Source: Octopus vulgaris (Eukaryota). Taken from it: DNA of 64,000 bases. Positions 41,910-54,921 of this stretch are shown here, one piece after another (position 1 is the first letter of the stretch; every line of letters starts with the position of its first letter). The stretch lies in NCBI GenBank assembly GCA_951406725.2, contig OX597825.1, positions 930,001 through 994,000 on the forward strand, written 5' to 3'. Made by a program: the position numbers and the translations under genes. Below the pieces are notes generated by a model. That model worked only from the letters and a program-made list of their open reading frames with translations. It was not told the DNA's origin and searched no databases.

Positions 41910-43298
41910 CTGCACACAAGTTTGTTCTAAAAGAAATTGAACTATCTCCAACAGTTTATCAACCATCTGGTGCAGCATACTTGCAACAGTAAAACTCTGC
42001 ACAGGTGAATCTGACCTCTAGTCTAATAATAACCACATGATACCGTGGCTATCAGTTATTGATCATTGATTTGCAAGGTCTAGAGTGATTGTATGTTTAA
42101 TGCAGTTGGCAATTTGTTGCAACAAATTGGACAACACAGAATCTGGAAGAACAATTAGCTTTCTCTGAAATTTGATTTCAAATTGCAAAAATGCTTTTAA
42201 AGTTACTTTTCTTATGCTGCACCACGTCTATGGGGAAGATGTATGTGCTGTGTATGCAATATCATTTGCATTGCCAATGTTTCCAATATAGAAGATCCAC
42301 TGAAGACGATCCCAAATGGAGATCACCTTCTATGACAACAGTGAATGATCATATTGCAAAAGTGCATTTTGTGATCTGTGAAAATCCTCTCTTGGCTGAC
42401 CTTGACATTTCCCAAAAGGTAAGCATCTGAAAAACTGTACCACAAAATTTGAAAAGAATTAAGGTGTACCATATTGCTGCAAAATTTGCACCACATCTTT
42501 CGACATTTGAACAAAAAGAAAAAAAACACCATGTTATTGTGAGGATCTGTTTCATCAATTCGATGTTGAGAATAATTTTCTGAAAAGTATCCTTGCAGTT
42601 GATGAAGTATAAATGTTCAACTCAAACAAAAAAAGGCAGTTATCGCAGTGGCCCACATCATCATCATCATCATCCCCACCACCATGAAAAGCATGTTAGA
42701 GTTGCTCAAGTGTGAAAGTGATGTTATTATTTGTCCTTTTCTGATTGGAAAGGAGTCATTCATGGTGAGTTTGTTCCATAGGGTCAGTTAATCAATAAAG
42801 TTTTTAGATGTGTGGAGGAAGGAGCTTCAGGCATGGACAAACAAAATCCAGATGCTGTGCCACTGCAACGGGTCAACTTACACAGCACTCCTTATCCAAG
42901 ACATTTTAGCAAAGCTCGGGATGACCCTTTATTTCCCAGCTCGGGATGACCCTTTATTTCCCAGCTCGGGATGACCCTTTATTTCCCAGCTCGGGATGAC
43001 CCTTTATTTCCCAGCCATGTCTTCTCCTTAGATTTGGTTTTCTGCAGAATTTCTATTTTATTTATTTTTTTCAACATCTAAAGTTTACTGATTTCTGATA
43101 ACAGAAAAGAACAAACAAAGATTCATCAGGTGACCTGCAGACTAACTTGAAAGTCTGTTATTACAGCTGGTGTTGCAAAACTGGGAAAGCAACAGACGGG
43201 ACGGATATGGTGAAGGAGATAAGTGTCTAATTAAGTTGCATGCAAATCAATAAATTTGCATTTTAAAAATGTTTGTTCTCCTTTTGAAAAACTTCATA
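41910..43298 (+). mobile_element. Heavily decayed near-full-length mariner
   Basis: Broken motifs include EDDP.., AKFAPHL, KVML..F.DWKGVIHGEFVP.GQ.IN and ..GRGYGEGDK; TIR-like ends. Confidence 0.65.
42913..43015. repeat. Four perfect 25-bp tandem copies (AGCTCGGGATGACCCTTTATTTCCC)
   Basis: Units start at 42913, 42938, 42963 and 42988. Confidence 0.95.
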
Positions 43299-44015
43299 TA
43301 TATATATATATATGTGTGTGTGTGTACATACATACAGTATCATCATCATCATCATCATCATCATTATAATTTTATGTTTGCTTCCTATGCTGGCATGGGT
43401 TGGCTGGATCATCATGATTGGAGTCAGCATGTATTTGGAAGTATTTCTCATGGATCAGAGGGTCATATCTTGTTGGAGTGTGTCATTTTTGGCTTGGTTT
43501 CTACAGCTGATTGCTCTCCCTAATACCAATCATTTCACAGATTGTACTGGGTGATTTTTCCTGGGTACCAGAACCAGAACCAGAGAGCTATCGTGTCCTT
43601 GACCTGATTAAAAGGTCCTCAAGACTTACACTTTACAGAGTGTACTTGATGTGCCTTTGTGTTACATGGCACCAGAAGAGCAGCCATCTCCTCAACATGT
43701 CTGTAAAGACCCCATGACCCCATGTAGCTTCTCTCCTGTTAACCTTTTGACAGAGTGAAAAGCATGAGTCACAGAGACATAAATAATAGTGATAAGCAAT
43801 AACAGGGTTGTCTGAAATGAGGATGAGTTATCAGGGCACTCAATATTCTTAGATCTCTGTATAGAGTTTCAGTGACATGGTCAAGAAGATTGGACAATAA
43901 CAGAAAGTGGGTTTGTCCTTGTCTTAATATAAATCTTTATAATTATTTATATTATACATACACAAGCAACAGATTGTGTGTGTGTGTGTGTGTGTGAATG
44001 CATGTGCATGTACGT

Positions 44016-44060
<45 letters not shown>

Positions 44061-44061
<1 letters not shown>

Positions 44062-44238
44062 CTGGCACTCTGTCAGTTATGATGAGGGTTCCAGTTGACC
44101 TGTCCAACAGAACAGCCTGCTCGTGGAATTAATGTGCAAGTGGTTGAGTACTCCACAGGCAGGTGTACCCTTAACATAGTTTTCAGATAGATCCAGCATG
44201 ATACAGAATGTGACATGGCTGGCCCATTGAAATACAGA
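44061..44238. mobile_element. Dispersed SINE-like repeat; second copy at ~41545-41715
   Basis: Shared GTTCCAGTT...AAGTGGTTGAGTA(C/T)TCCA...CTTAACAT...GCC..TTGAA. Confidence 0.55.
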
Positions 44239-45479
44239 CCCACCACATTCCAACCCCACATCCTTACACTATGCAAATGCATAGACAGTAAGGCCTAATT
44301 GAACTGGAGTCTTTTAAACCAGATATCAGATCTATCCAATGGAACCAGAGTAAGGAGACTGTCAGTGCTTTCTTCTTCTGCTTGTTTTTGTCTATCAATA
44401 ATGTCAGAGTGTATATTTTGAGTGTTTTAGTGATAACTTCACAAATATCAAATTCATCGAAAATATTCATCTCATTCTTCAGTATAACTGGAGAACATAA
44501 TAATCATCATCATCATCGTTTAACGTCTGCTTTCCATGCTGGCATGGGTTGGGGAAACTCATTTTTCTGTCTTCTATGAAATACTGCAGCAATTGTTCTG
44601 AGACGGATCTGTACACTAAGAATCTTGGTAGATCATAAGAACTGCTTAGATTGTGAGAAAAGACAAGGGCCAAAGTTGAGCCGCATCTCACTCATACGTA
44701 TTCTGTATATACTCTTTGACAAAGACAGCAAATTGGCAGAATCGTGAGCACATTAGACAAAACTTTTAGTAGCATTTCTTCTAATTCATTATTGGTTCAG
44801 GTTCTTGCCAAGGTCAACTTTACCTTTCATCGCTTTGGAGGTCAATAAAATAAATATCAGGTGAGGACTGGGGTTGATGTAAGCGATTATCCCCTTCCTC
44901 AAAATTGATAATCTTGGGCCAAAATTTGAAAGCATTTTCCCCTTTTATACTCTCTATGAAATATACCCTTTCTTTCTAGCACCCTTCACTTGTCTAACTT
45001 GCCTCATATTTTCACATTTATTTAAATTCATTCAAATTCACCCCCCTCTCTCTGTTTATACGCACCTTTGCATTCCTTTTCATAAACACTAGGGTTTCAT
45101 GGTGAAAAGCTGTATGAATAAATTCACTGAAATTTTCAAACTGAAACTGATTTTCTTCATAATAATTCCTTTTTTATGGTGTAATTTGTTTTCAAGTCTG
45201 ATAATACAACCTCATAAACGAGGATTAAGTCAGAATAACCTCCAGATTGCAAGTTTATCTTTGAGTAATGCTTAGTAGGTTCTGCGCAGAAGCACAGTGC
45301 CTATTGTAACAACAACCACCGTAGGTGACCTGCACCATGCACTAGAGTTATGCTTTTCTGAAACTTTCATTGATATCTTATTGATTAAACATTTTTCAGT
45401 TTCATATTTTACACCTGGACTTCAAGAGAAAATAATAATTGAAAGTTGCTCATAACCATATTTGCGAACCAGAAACTGA

Positions 45480-47040
45480 AATTTGTAAGGAAGTTAGAGA
45501 CTGGTGCTTTGAGGAGAAGAATTTGTAAAGTATGTGGTACTACTAAGTTTCAGATATTTTTTGGCTAAGGACGAAATCACTTCATTTTCTTTGAAATACA
45601 TATACTGTTGATGTAAATTCTAAATCATCCTCTGTTGTTGTAAGGAACCATTTGAAAGTTCCAAAGCATACAAATCTCAAGAAGACAGAGATGAAGTCTT
45701 TTATCCATCAATAATCTTGTGGTAACAACGTAAGTTAAGTAGAAAATCAAAATGCTGCTGCCAAGCTAACTAGGCATGCGGGCATTGAGAATTTAAAAGC
45801 TATTGAGGTGTGGTTATGGCAATTTAGAAGTTGCTACAGAATATTTAATAAAATTACCTACAGCAAAGCAGGCAGCTCACCAATTGAGAAAATTAAATTA
45901 TTCAGCAAGCAGCTAATTGACTTAAGTGTGAAGGGCTCCTAATGTTCCGAGTGTATAATAGAGATAAAACTGGGTTGTGCTGGCAAATCGCTTATCCCTG
46001 AATATCCAAGCTTTTCAAACAAAGCTGCTGCACCAGCTCAAAAACTAAGGAATGCGTTTTGGCAGTGTGTCTGCATGAATATGTGCAGTATGCTTTCTTT
46101 CAAGTTAAGAGTGGTCTAGATGCCAGCGTGTCTGCAAGTTTTGAAAGACCTGATGTACAAGATATCATAAGTGGAATATTACTATTCAAAAAACCATGAT
46201 GCAATATATATATATCTTTAATGAATGGTTTTTCTCATGTTAATCCCTTTAGTATGTAAATACTAGGAAAATGTCCTCTACCTTTCTGCCAATGAGGTTA
46301 AAGCATTATTAATTTTGCACACTGCAACTGTTCACCCAAATGGTTACCAATTTACTGGTAACGATAGTAAAATAAGGAAGCTATTCTTGCCCCTGAATGT
46401 TACTTCCTTGATTCTGCTGATGGATCAATGTATAATTGTAACCCACAAGGGATTACGCCTGTGAACATATTGGGTTGAAAAGTTCTCATGGTGGTAGAAG
46501 AGGATGTTCTTTGAGAAGACACAGGAGGACAAAGACTAGCCTCCAGTTTGCAACATTTTATTTAGTAGCTTCATGGCAATTACTGAAGACTATCACTCTA
46601 ATGAAAGATGCTTGAGGAAGAAAATAACTTCTGGACAATGTGGAAGTATAATACGATTTTCAAATATTTAATGCATGGGATTTATGTTGGATTTTTCAGA
46701 AAGCAAGCAAAACAGATGATACATAAAACATGATAATCTAGCTGGAAGGTCGAGAGGGTGACTCCAGATGTCAAGTGATCATAGAAGAAGGAACTATGAT
46801 GAGAGCAGTTGTAACGAGGATGATGAAGGCAATGAATTACTGCTCAAGAAATACAAACTCTTTGTGATATGAAGATCCTTTGCTAATATTATTTTGGATA
46901 TGGACTGGTCAAGAAATTGATTTCCAGCAGTTTTATCAACATTTTAGAACTTTAATGGAATCATTATTCAGAAGCAACATCTGCAAAGTAAACAAGAAAA
47001 ACTTGAATCATTCTTCAAACTGATTTTTCCCAACACTGCT
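45480..47040 (+). pseudogene. Decayed pogo/Tigger (Jerky/CENP-B-like) transposase
   Basis: WLWQFRSCYRIFNKITYSKAGSSP; EGLLMFRVYNRDKTGLCW (compare YN.DETGLFW); KALLILHTATVHP...FLPLNVTSLILLMDQCII (compare LLILDNAPAHP...FLPPNTTSLIQPMDQGII). Many stops and frameshifts. Confidence 0.8.
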
Positions 47041-47103
47041 GCAGCTGGGGTGCTTGCCGAATTTTTTACAGCAATTTGGCTATTTAATATATTGATATAT
47101 ATA

Positions 47104-47435
47104 TACCATCACCATCTGTTTTCCATGCTGGCATGGGTTGGACAGTTTGACTAGAGCTGGCAATCTGGAGAGCTGCAACAGGCTCCAGTCTGATCTGGCA
47201 GAGTTTCTACAGCTGGATGCCCTTCCTAACGCCAACCACTCCAAGAGTGTAGTGGGGGCTTTTATGTGCCACTGGCATGGGGGCCAGTCAGGCGGTACTG
47301 ACAATGACCTCACTCGAATGCTTTTTCATGTGCCACCAGCACAGTAAGTGCCAGTAAGGCGATGCTGGTAACGATCATGCTTGAATGGTGGCTTTTATGT
47401 GCCACTGGCACGGAAGCCAGTTGGCTGCTCTGTCA
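47104..47435 (-). mobile_element. RTE-tailed SINE with ~3 divergent internal monomers
   Basis: Same tail and core as 32374-33446. Confidence 0.8.
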
Positions 47436-48656
47436 AATATATATATATATCCATATGTAGGAACATACACACACTGTCACTGCCTCCCTCCTCCACACAT
47501 TTAGATATTGATGATCCACATACTGTTGATTCAGTGCCTATTCTATTCAAATGTCTATGAGTGAGAAATAAGAACCACTGATGTGTCCTAGTTCTACTAA
47601 CTGATAATGGTCATTTATAACCTCCAAGTGTACCTCCACCTCCACAACAATGGTAAATTGATTTAACAATATATACTATCAACATTTTAATCTTTTATGT
47701 ATTGTAATTTTAAATAATTCCTTTAAATATCTATTCATATTTCATATATAATTATTTAATGTTTTCCATAATCTTGTTTTCTATGTATTATATTAAGCAT
47801 ACATTGAATATATTCCCAATATTGTATTTGTATTGAATATCAATGCCTAGCATTGGTTAACTTGGACAACTGCTGGCTGAAACGGATACACTTCTTTGAG
47901 CCCCACTATACTAGTTTCTACTGGTTATATGAATAACATGGAAAATGTCCACTTGTTTTTAACTCATTCTTCAAGCTAACTAATCCCATCCCTGCTGCAG
48001 CTGTCACGCCTGTAGATATGAAGGATCTCCATGTAATCGCAGACCATCTTTGGTCACCTCAAATGTCAATAAGTGAGAGGCAAGGACCAGTAAGCATCAC
48101 AACTCCAAGATCTCTGAACAAGTCATCTCTTCTAATTTTATCTTCCCCTTCATTGCATCATGCTCATCCATCATCTTTATTATCACAAGTAAACAGCAGG
48201 AACAATTTATGGTATTACCATTTTAATTTTTTAAACATTACAATCTCAAATAACTTCATAAAATATCTATATTTCATAAAAATATTCATTTTTAATAATA
48301 GCTTCAATTTTGTTGCTGTTAATAATGGGTTGCATTGTATATACATATATAAAATATTAACTATTGCAATTGGTTTCCAGCTGGGCTGGTTTGCTATTAC
48401 TGTTACACAGACAGCAACAAGTAAGTTGCTTTATACATTTGGTTTTAACACTGTAAATGTGGTTCAAAATGAATTCAGTCCCAGTTAAAAACAGAACAGA
48501 AATACGTGATGCCAAAGGAAATGTTGAAATATATTTTGTGTTTGTGAAGTCCAAAAGCTTATGAAAGTACAGTCACAAACACACCATGTGTAATTCATTT
48601 CAGAGCCTGTTTGATAAGCATCAAGATATACTAAATAGCTGAATATAGCTGTTGAA

Positions 48657-48884
48657 GGCGGCGAGCTGGCAAAAACGTTAGCACACCGGGCGAAATGCGT
48701 AGCCGTATTTCGTCTGCCGTTACGTTCTGAGTTCGACTTTGCCTTTCATCCTTTCGGGGTCGATAAATTAAGTACCACTTATGCACTGGGGGTCAATATA
48801 ATCGACTTAATCCGTTTGTCTGTCCTTGTTTGTCCTCTCTGTGTTTAGCCCCATGTGGGTAGTAGGTAGTAAAGAAATAGGTAT
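48657..48884 (+). mobile_element. Young tRNA-SINE with a Meta/MESC-like central domain
   Basis: GGCGGCGAGCTGGCA head and GCCTTTCATCCTTTCGGGGTCGATAAATTAAGTACC domain; CpG-rich. Domain name is from recall. Confidence 0.85.
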
Positions 48885-50522
48885 ATTATATTGCTGAATC
48901 AAAACCAAAAATGGTGAGAAAACTAAATGCCATGGATTTGACTTTTTCTGTCAATTGCACACTGTTAGCCAGGGAAAATCACCGTTTATACTTCTGGGAT
49001 TAACCAAACTAGGTTTGCAAATTGAATTTTTAAACACGGCATCAAAAGTCAATTGTGGCTTTTGATTGGTGAACAACAACAACCAATGAAATGTCAGAGA
49101 AAAGTCATTTAGCACCAAACTGAAAGCCAAGTCATATTTTGAATCTTTCTCATCAACAAAACTCATCCTATGAAAGATACTGGGAAACATCTGGCTAGGA
49201 ACATCAGAAAAGGTACCCAGATGCTATACACTAACCCAGAGAGTTGGCTAGGGGCACGCTTCACCTTTACAGTACAGTTTCATGAGGGTTTACTGAATAT
49301 GCATTCTTTTATATATTTCTGCTATTTTTTGTTGTTGGTCTGAGGTCAAGTTGGGACCATCACTGATTTATTAAACATGTGTTTGCTAATTTACTCACAA
49401 CTTATCTACACACATGCTGTCAGAGGAGTCGAGTTATCTAATATACACTCCATGTGAATGTGATACACAGATTTAATACAAGCTTCATGTGAGACTGAAA
49501 GGAGATGACTGTGGCTATTACTTGTAGCATTTTTCACAAGCAGGTATAAAATGTTTGCTCTGTGTGTAGGAAGGGCCCGAGGAGGAGGCTTTGTGTTAAG
49601 ATGACAATAACCATTTGAAATTAGCCACATTGTTCTCAGGTTCCAACTGCAGAGAGAGTTGCATGCTCTAACCAAGAGTCTATTTAAGTAGCAAGGCCTG
49701 AAGCATGTTTATCAAACAGATGTGAACCTATTCACAGCACTTATTTAATACACTGATGTATATACATATATATATATATAAGCATGTGCACACACACTCA
49801 CTACCACAACAATCCCTGACTACTTTTAGGCCTACTTTCCTCATGATTTGTTGAGGCAGTTCTCTATGACCAGATGCCAATCCTGATGCAGATTCTCATG
49901 TAAGGTGCTTCAATGGACTTCACACATCAGACTACTGGCCAAGACATTTTGTTTCTAGGTCACATTAAAAAATGTCACCACTGTTTAAAGTATTGTTAAT
50001 GTAAAGATGCAAAATAACAAGCACTTATGCATGCACACATGCACAAATTTATAATTGTGTGTGTGTGTGTGTACGTGCATGTTTGTGTTTGCATTTACAT
50101 CCAAATTGGACATCTGCACGGTTCTGTTAAGTCAAATTAAGATCCCAAATTTTGGGGAAGACGAATTTATGGCAGATAGCAATTGCTGAATGTGCTGCAG
50201 GGTGAGATTAAGCCAGAAGCCTTAGTGTTTGCAAAGTGAACTTTCCCCGACCATACAGCCATATTCACACAACACACATGTATATATTAATGCATGAAGG
50301 ACAAGGGAACAGGATTTAAGTAATTGCCTCCAGTGGCCAAAAGCTGATTTCGGTTCCTCTGACGAGTGCCTGCTTATGTCATCATCCAGCTTGTGTGCAA
50401 AACTGATTGGTCAAATCAGCTAAAATGGCTCTATAATTCTGTACCGTAGAAATATTAGTATACCCACACTGTTGACAAATATACGAGTGGCTGTTTTTTC
50501 TGACTTATGGATTCTTAGATGA

Positions 50523-50592
<70 letters not shown>

Positions 50593-50735
50593 CATATGAA
50601 TCATGACTATTTACTTTGAAGCTTTGCTGTTGAAACTTTAAAGTAAATAGTCATTATTAATGTTAAACAGCATTTTAACTCTGTGATAATAATTGAGTGT
50701 ATATAAACTTCACAAGTACATGAAATGAGTATGTA

Positions 50736-50785
<50 letters not shown>

Positions 50786-51683
50786 TGAGATGGTATCAAA
50801 ACGTTCCTGGATTACTTCTGTAGCCTGCCAACAGATGGCAGTAGAAGGTTGTGTGTGCAGTGAGAGCTAGCAGTGACCTTCATGAAGCAGTGTGCTAAGG
50901 GATATTGCTGTGTTTACTTCACAAGTTGTGAAATTTGTGTTTTTGTGACCACATGTAGAATGTAGTCTGTGATTTTGCCATGGGCAGGAGCAAAAGAGCC
51001 AACAAGAAATTTTGTATTAAACATTGAAAGTCTGCTACAGAGACACTGAGCTTGCTTTAGTAAGCTTATGGTGACAAGGCAATGGATTGAATGCACTGTT
51101 TTGGGTGACACAGGTGCTACAAAAGCAGCATGACAGGGGTGCAGCTCAATCAAGAGCAGGCTCATTGTTTTAGTCAACATTCATTGTGCCTTCAGAATTT
51201 GTCCCCCAGGGCAATTGAGAGTTCTACTGTGACATCTTGAAGCATTTGAGGGAGGACATTTGGCAAAAGCAACCATTATCTGTGGAGCACAGAGAATTGG
51301 GATTCTTCACAAGAACAATACATCCTGTCACCAAGATCTCCTCACTCATGAGATTCTTGCAAGAAACAACATGGAGTCACATCCACACCCACCCTATTTG
51401 TCAGATATAGTACCTGCAGACTTCCATCTCTTCCTCTAGGTGAAAATGCTACTCAAAGGTTGCTGTTTTAACACTGTTTTAACATCAGGTGTGAATCGCA
51501 GAAGGTCCTCGACTCCATAACAGAAAATGACTTCCAGACCAGATTCCAAAAGTGGCAGGAATGATAGGACTGGTGTATTGCTGTGCAAGGGGACAATTTC
51601 AAAGGAGAGGATGTTAAAACTTAGGTAAATAAATTAATTTTTATTAGATATAATTAGCCCAGGAACCTTTTGATACCACCTTG
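50786..51683 (+). mobile_element. Internally deleted mariner with both TIRs
   Basis: TIRs TGAGATGGTATCAAAACGTTCCTGG and CCAGGAACCTTTTGATACCACCTTG|TA. Motifs ILHKNNTSCH, PYLSDIVPADFHLF and CIAVQGDNFKG. Confidence 0.85.
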
Positions 51684-51700
51684 TATGTGTGTATATATAT

Positions 51701-51936
51701 ATTGGTAAAAACTGTAAGATAACAAAAGAAAGAAAGAGACCTCAATATTATGTAAATAGAGGAATTTATCTGTAAAATAATATGTGACAATTATTCAATA
51801 GCCAAGATAAAACTCTGAGTTTCGGATGCCAAGGTGGATGGCCAGATAACCGAAGAGATGGTGTTGTGGATTTCCACCTCGGCATCCGAAACTCAGAATT
51901 TTATCTTGGCTATTGAATAATTGTCCCATATTATTT

Positions 51937-51940
<4 letters not shown>
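51701..51940. mobile_element. Penelope-like inverted element with 68-bp inverted repeats and a hammerhead-like motif
   Basis: Arms 51771-51838 and 51873-51940 (3 mismatches); flanked by (TA)n; hammerhead-like motif at 51841-51910. Confidence 0.65.
51841..51910 (+). ncRNA. Putative type I hammerhead ribozyme (variant core)
   Basis: Stem I GCC-AGATAA / TTATCT-T-GGC; core CCGAAGA; stem II GATG..GTGGA-TT-TCCAC..CATC; CGAAA; palindromic stem III CTC-A-GA(A/G)-TT. Confidence 0.45.
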
Positions 51941-51968
<28 letters not shown>

Positions 51969-51971
<3 letters not shown>

Positions 51972-52182
51972 TAATCCCCTGACTATCATGGGTAGAATGT
52001 TCCAAAACCCATGTGATAGGTGAAAATCCAAAAAGTAGAAACAGTACTGTACTGTATATTATATATATATAATTTGTATACATTTATTTTATTATAAATG
52101 CAAAACAACACCACAGAGGAATCGACATAAGCTTAAATAATAAACTGCAATAGGTAAACCATGAAATGGTGAGGGATTACTG
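51969..52182. mobile_element. pogo/Tigger-type MITE (214 bp)
   Basis: TA|CAGTAATCCC...GGGATTACTG|TA; non-coding; related arm at 1870-2021. Confidence 0.85.
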
Positions 52183-52246
52183 TATATTATATGTATATAT
52201 GTAGATTCATATATATATATCTACATATATATATATATGTCTGTAC

Positions 52247-52279
<33 letters not shown>

Positions 52280-52611
52280 TGTATATATATATACACACAC
52301 AAACACAGGTATAAATGTATATATACACTGGCGAAAATAAATTTAAGACCAATGATAAAAGTTCTATTTCTTATAAAATATTTTGTTACTAATACCATAC
52401 AAATTATTTTTATCTTTTACACCTTATACAGAATTTATTTCCCTTTTGAATGATGCAGACAATAACTATTTTTATACAACTTGAAGAATTCTAATGCTAA
52501 ATTAATATAAACATTTAAAATTTACCGGTAAAATTAGTTTAAGACCGTATCATTATAATTTTATTTAAAGTTTAAGATTGTAGCAAAAATGAGCAACAAT
52601 AAAGAAATACA

Positions 52612-53637
52612 TATTGGCACTTTGTGCCGTAGTCTTTATTCTTAATAACGGCAGAACAATGCCTCGGCATTGAATTCGCTAAGTGATCACAAAATTCTAT
52701 GGGAATGTTTTGCCATATTTCATTGATATAATTGAATAATTATTTTAGCTTAGATGGTTTTTTTAGCATGGACTTTTTTGGAAACATAATTTCACAAGTT
52801 CTTGATTGGATTCAGATCCAGGCTTTGGGAAGGCCATTCGATTACGTCACTATTATGGGGATCAAAAAATTCCTTAACTATTTAGGTTTTGTGCACAGGA
52901 CTATCGCCCTGCTGATAAATAGCCCCCAGAGGCATTTGGTGAGTCAAATATGGCACAACATTATCCTTTAGTAGATTCATATAACCTACACTATTTAGCT
53001 TTCCAACAACTTTAACTAGAGGGCCAACACCAAAGCTACTAAATGCTACCCACACCATCACACCCCCACCCTCCACTTGTGCCATCTTTTTCATGCATTT
53101 CGGATGGTATAACTCAGTTGCGCGACGTCTGACATATGTTTTACCATCTGATCCAAATATACAGAAGCGTGACTCGTCACTCCAAAGGACCCTGCACCAA
53201 TCTTCGGCAGTCCATTGAGCTTGGCTTTTTGCGAAATTAAGGCGTTTGAGTTGATTTCTTTCAGATATTCTTGGCTTTTTCCTAGCGATTTGTCCATGTA
53301 GTCCAAATTGTCTTAAATGGTTGCGGACGGTTTGTGGTATAAAAATAATACCATTCTCTTTGGACAATTGTTTACAAATGTCAATGACTGTCAGCATTCA
53401 GTTGGCTTCCAAAAGTTGGTGGATTCGACGGTCCAACTAAGCCGTCGTTTTTCTTGGGGCGCCAGTCTTTTGCTGATCTTTATATTGACCAGTCTCCGAG
53501 TATAACTTCCATGCTTGCACATAAGCCGTTTTACTGCACTTCAGTTGCTTGCTGATGTTCGAAAAGGAAACTTTTTGCTGGTGGAGTAATACGATTTTTG
53601 CTCTCGTGACTCGACTGAGGATACGTTGTTTTCCCAT
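52612..53637 (-). pseudogene. Tc1 transposase pseudogene
   Basis: MGKQR...GAPRKTT...TVRNHLRQFGLHGQIARKKP...VLWSDESRF...GGGVMVW...YQQGDSPVH...WPSQSLDLNPIKNL...LANSMPRHCSAVIKNKDYGTK. In-frame stops at 53437, 53398, 52882 and ~52792, plus a late frameshift; second catalytic D and the E are substituted. Confidence 0.93.
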
Positions 53638-53734
53638 TATTAGTCAATTGTATAATAACGTTAAATTATAACACTATATAGTTCAGTTAGGCTAGTTGTG
53701 TGACCACCCATTTTGGCAAAAAAATTTGCATAAG

Positions 53735-53910
53735 GCCCTCATGCCGGTGGCACGTAAAAGTACCCACTACTCTTGGAGTGGTTGGCGTTAGGAAGGATAT
53801 CCAGCAGTAGAAACTTTGCCAGATCAGATTGGAGCCATCTGGTTTGCCAGTCCTCAGTCAAATCATCCAACCCATGCTAGCATGGAAAGCAGATGTGAAA
53901 CGATGATGAT
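53735..53910 (+). mobile_element. RTE-tailed SINE fragment nested in the Tc1 5' leader
   Basis: GCCGGTGGCACGTAAAAG...GTGGTTGGCGTTAGGAAGG...CCATGCTAGCATGGAAAGCAGATGTGAAACGATGATGAT. Confidence 0.85.
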
Positions 53911-54191
53911 TACATGGTTTTAAACTAATTTTGCCGGTAAATTTGAAACGTTTATATTAATTTAGCATTAGAATTCTTCAAGTTGTATAAAAATAGTTAT
54001 TGTCTGCATCATTCAAAAGGGAAATAAATTCAGCATAAGGTGTAAAAGATAAAAATAATTTGTATGGTGTTAGTAACAAAATATTTTGTAAGAAATAGAA
54101 CTTTTATCATTGGTCTTAAATTTATTTTCGCCAATGTATATATACACACATACATATATGTATATATCTATCTATCTATATATGTATACAC

Positions 54192-54224
<33 letters not shown>

Positions 54225-54234
54225 TGTATGTATG

Positions 54235-54265
<31 letters not shown>

Positions 54266-54516
54266 ATATATATATTTCACTTGAATAAGCATCAATTGAG
54301 TAAAATTTTATACTTAAAATCCATTTCACAATTGCCTTCATTTATATTGAACTTAAGTTATATAAAAGTAGCCATTTTTAACTAGTATATTTTAATATTT
54401 TAGTATATATACACTGCATATCACTATTGTTTGTTCTCAAATTTCTCATGACATCATACTTAAAATAATTATGTACACACACAAACACATGTATGTATAT
54501 ATATATATATGTGTGC

Positions 54517-54563
<47 letters not shown>

Positions 54564-54921
54564 ATTTATCATTATGATATATATATGATATATAATATAC
54601 ATATATCATGTATATGAATACATTGTGTATGGATATCTTTATGTATATGAATGTGTGTATGTATTGCACCTGTATACTGTGACAACCTCATATAGACTTT
54701 CATTGACAGTGGCTTAGTGAGCACATATTTACTTAATAACACCATATTGTACATATATAATATGCATATTTACACATATACACACTTATTATACATAATA
54801 GTACATCTAGATCTGAAATATCTAAATTTTTTTTAAAATTCTTATCCTGAAGGATATAACTGTATGAAAATGAATATTTTTGTCACAATCGATATAACAG
54901 CAATATCAAAAAACAAAAACA

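Larger units (their letters stand above)
52326..54136 (-). mobile_element. Full-length Tc1 (DD34E) transposon with 221-bp IR/DR-type TIRs
   Basis: TIRs 52326-52546 and 53916-54136, about 9 mismatches by manual count; TA on both sides; direct repeats at both ends of each TIR (GGCGAAAATAAATTTAAGACC and GGTAAAATTAGTTTAAGACC). Confidence 0.95.

Noticed and set aside
48357-48554. LFLTGTEFI resembling the start of a second Ig domain
   Set aside because: No properly spaced Cys, Trp or DSG.Y.C follows, and there is no suitable acceptor.
50336-50429. CTGACGA hammerhead-like core within a 9-bp inverted repeat (AGCTGATTT/AAATCAGCT)
   Set aside because: No stem II followed by GAAA, and the short stem is compatible with chance.
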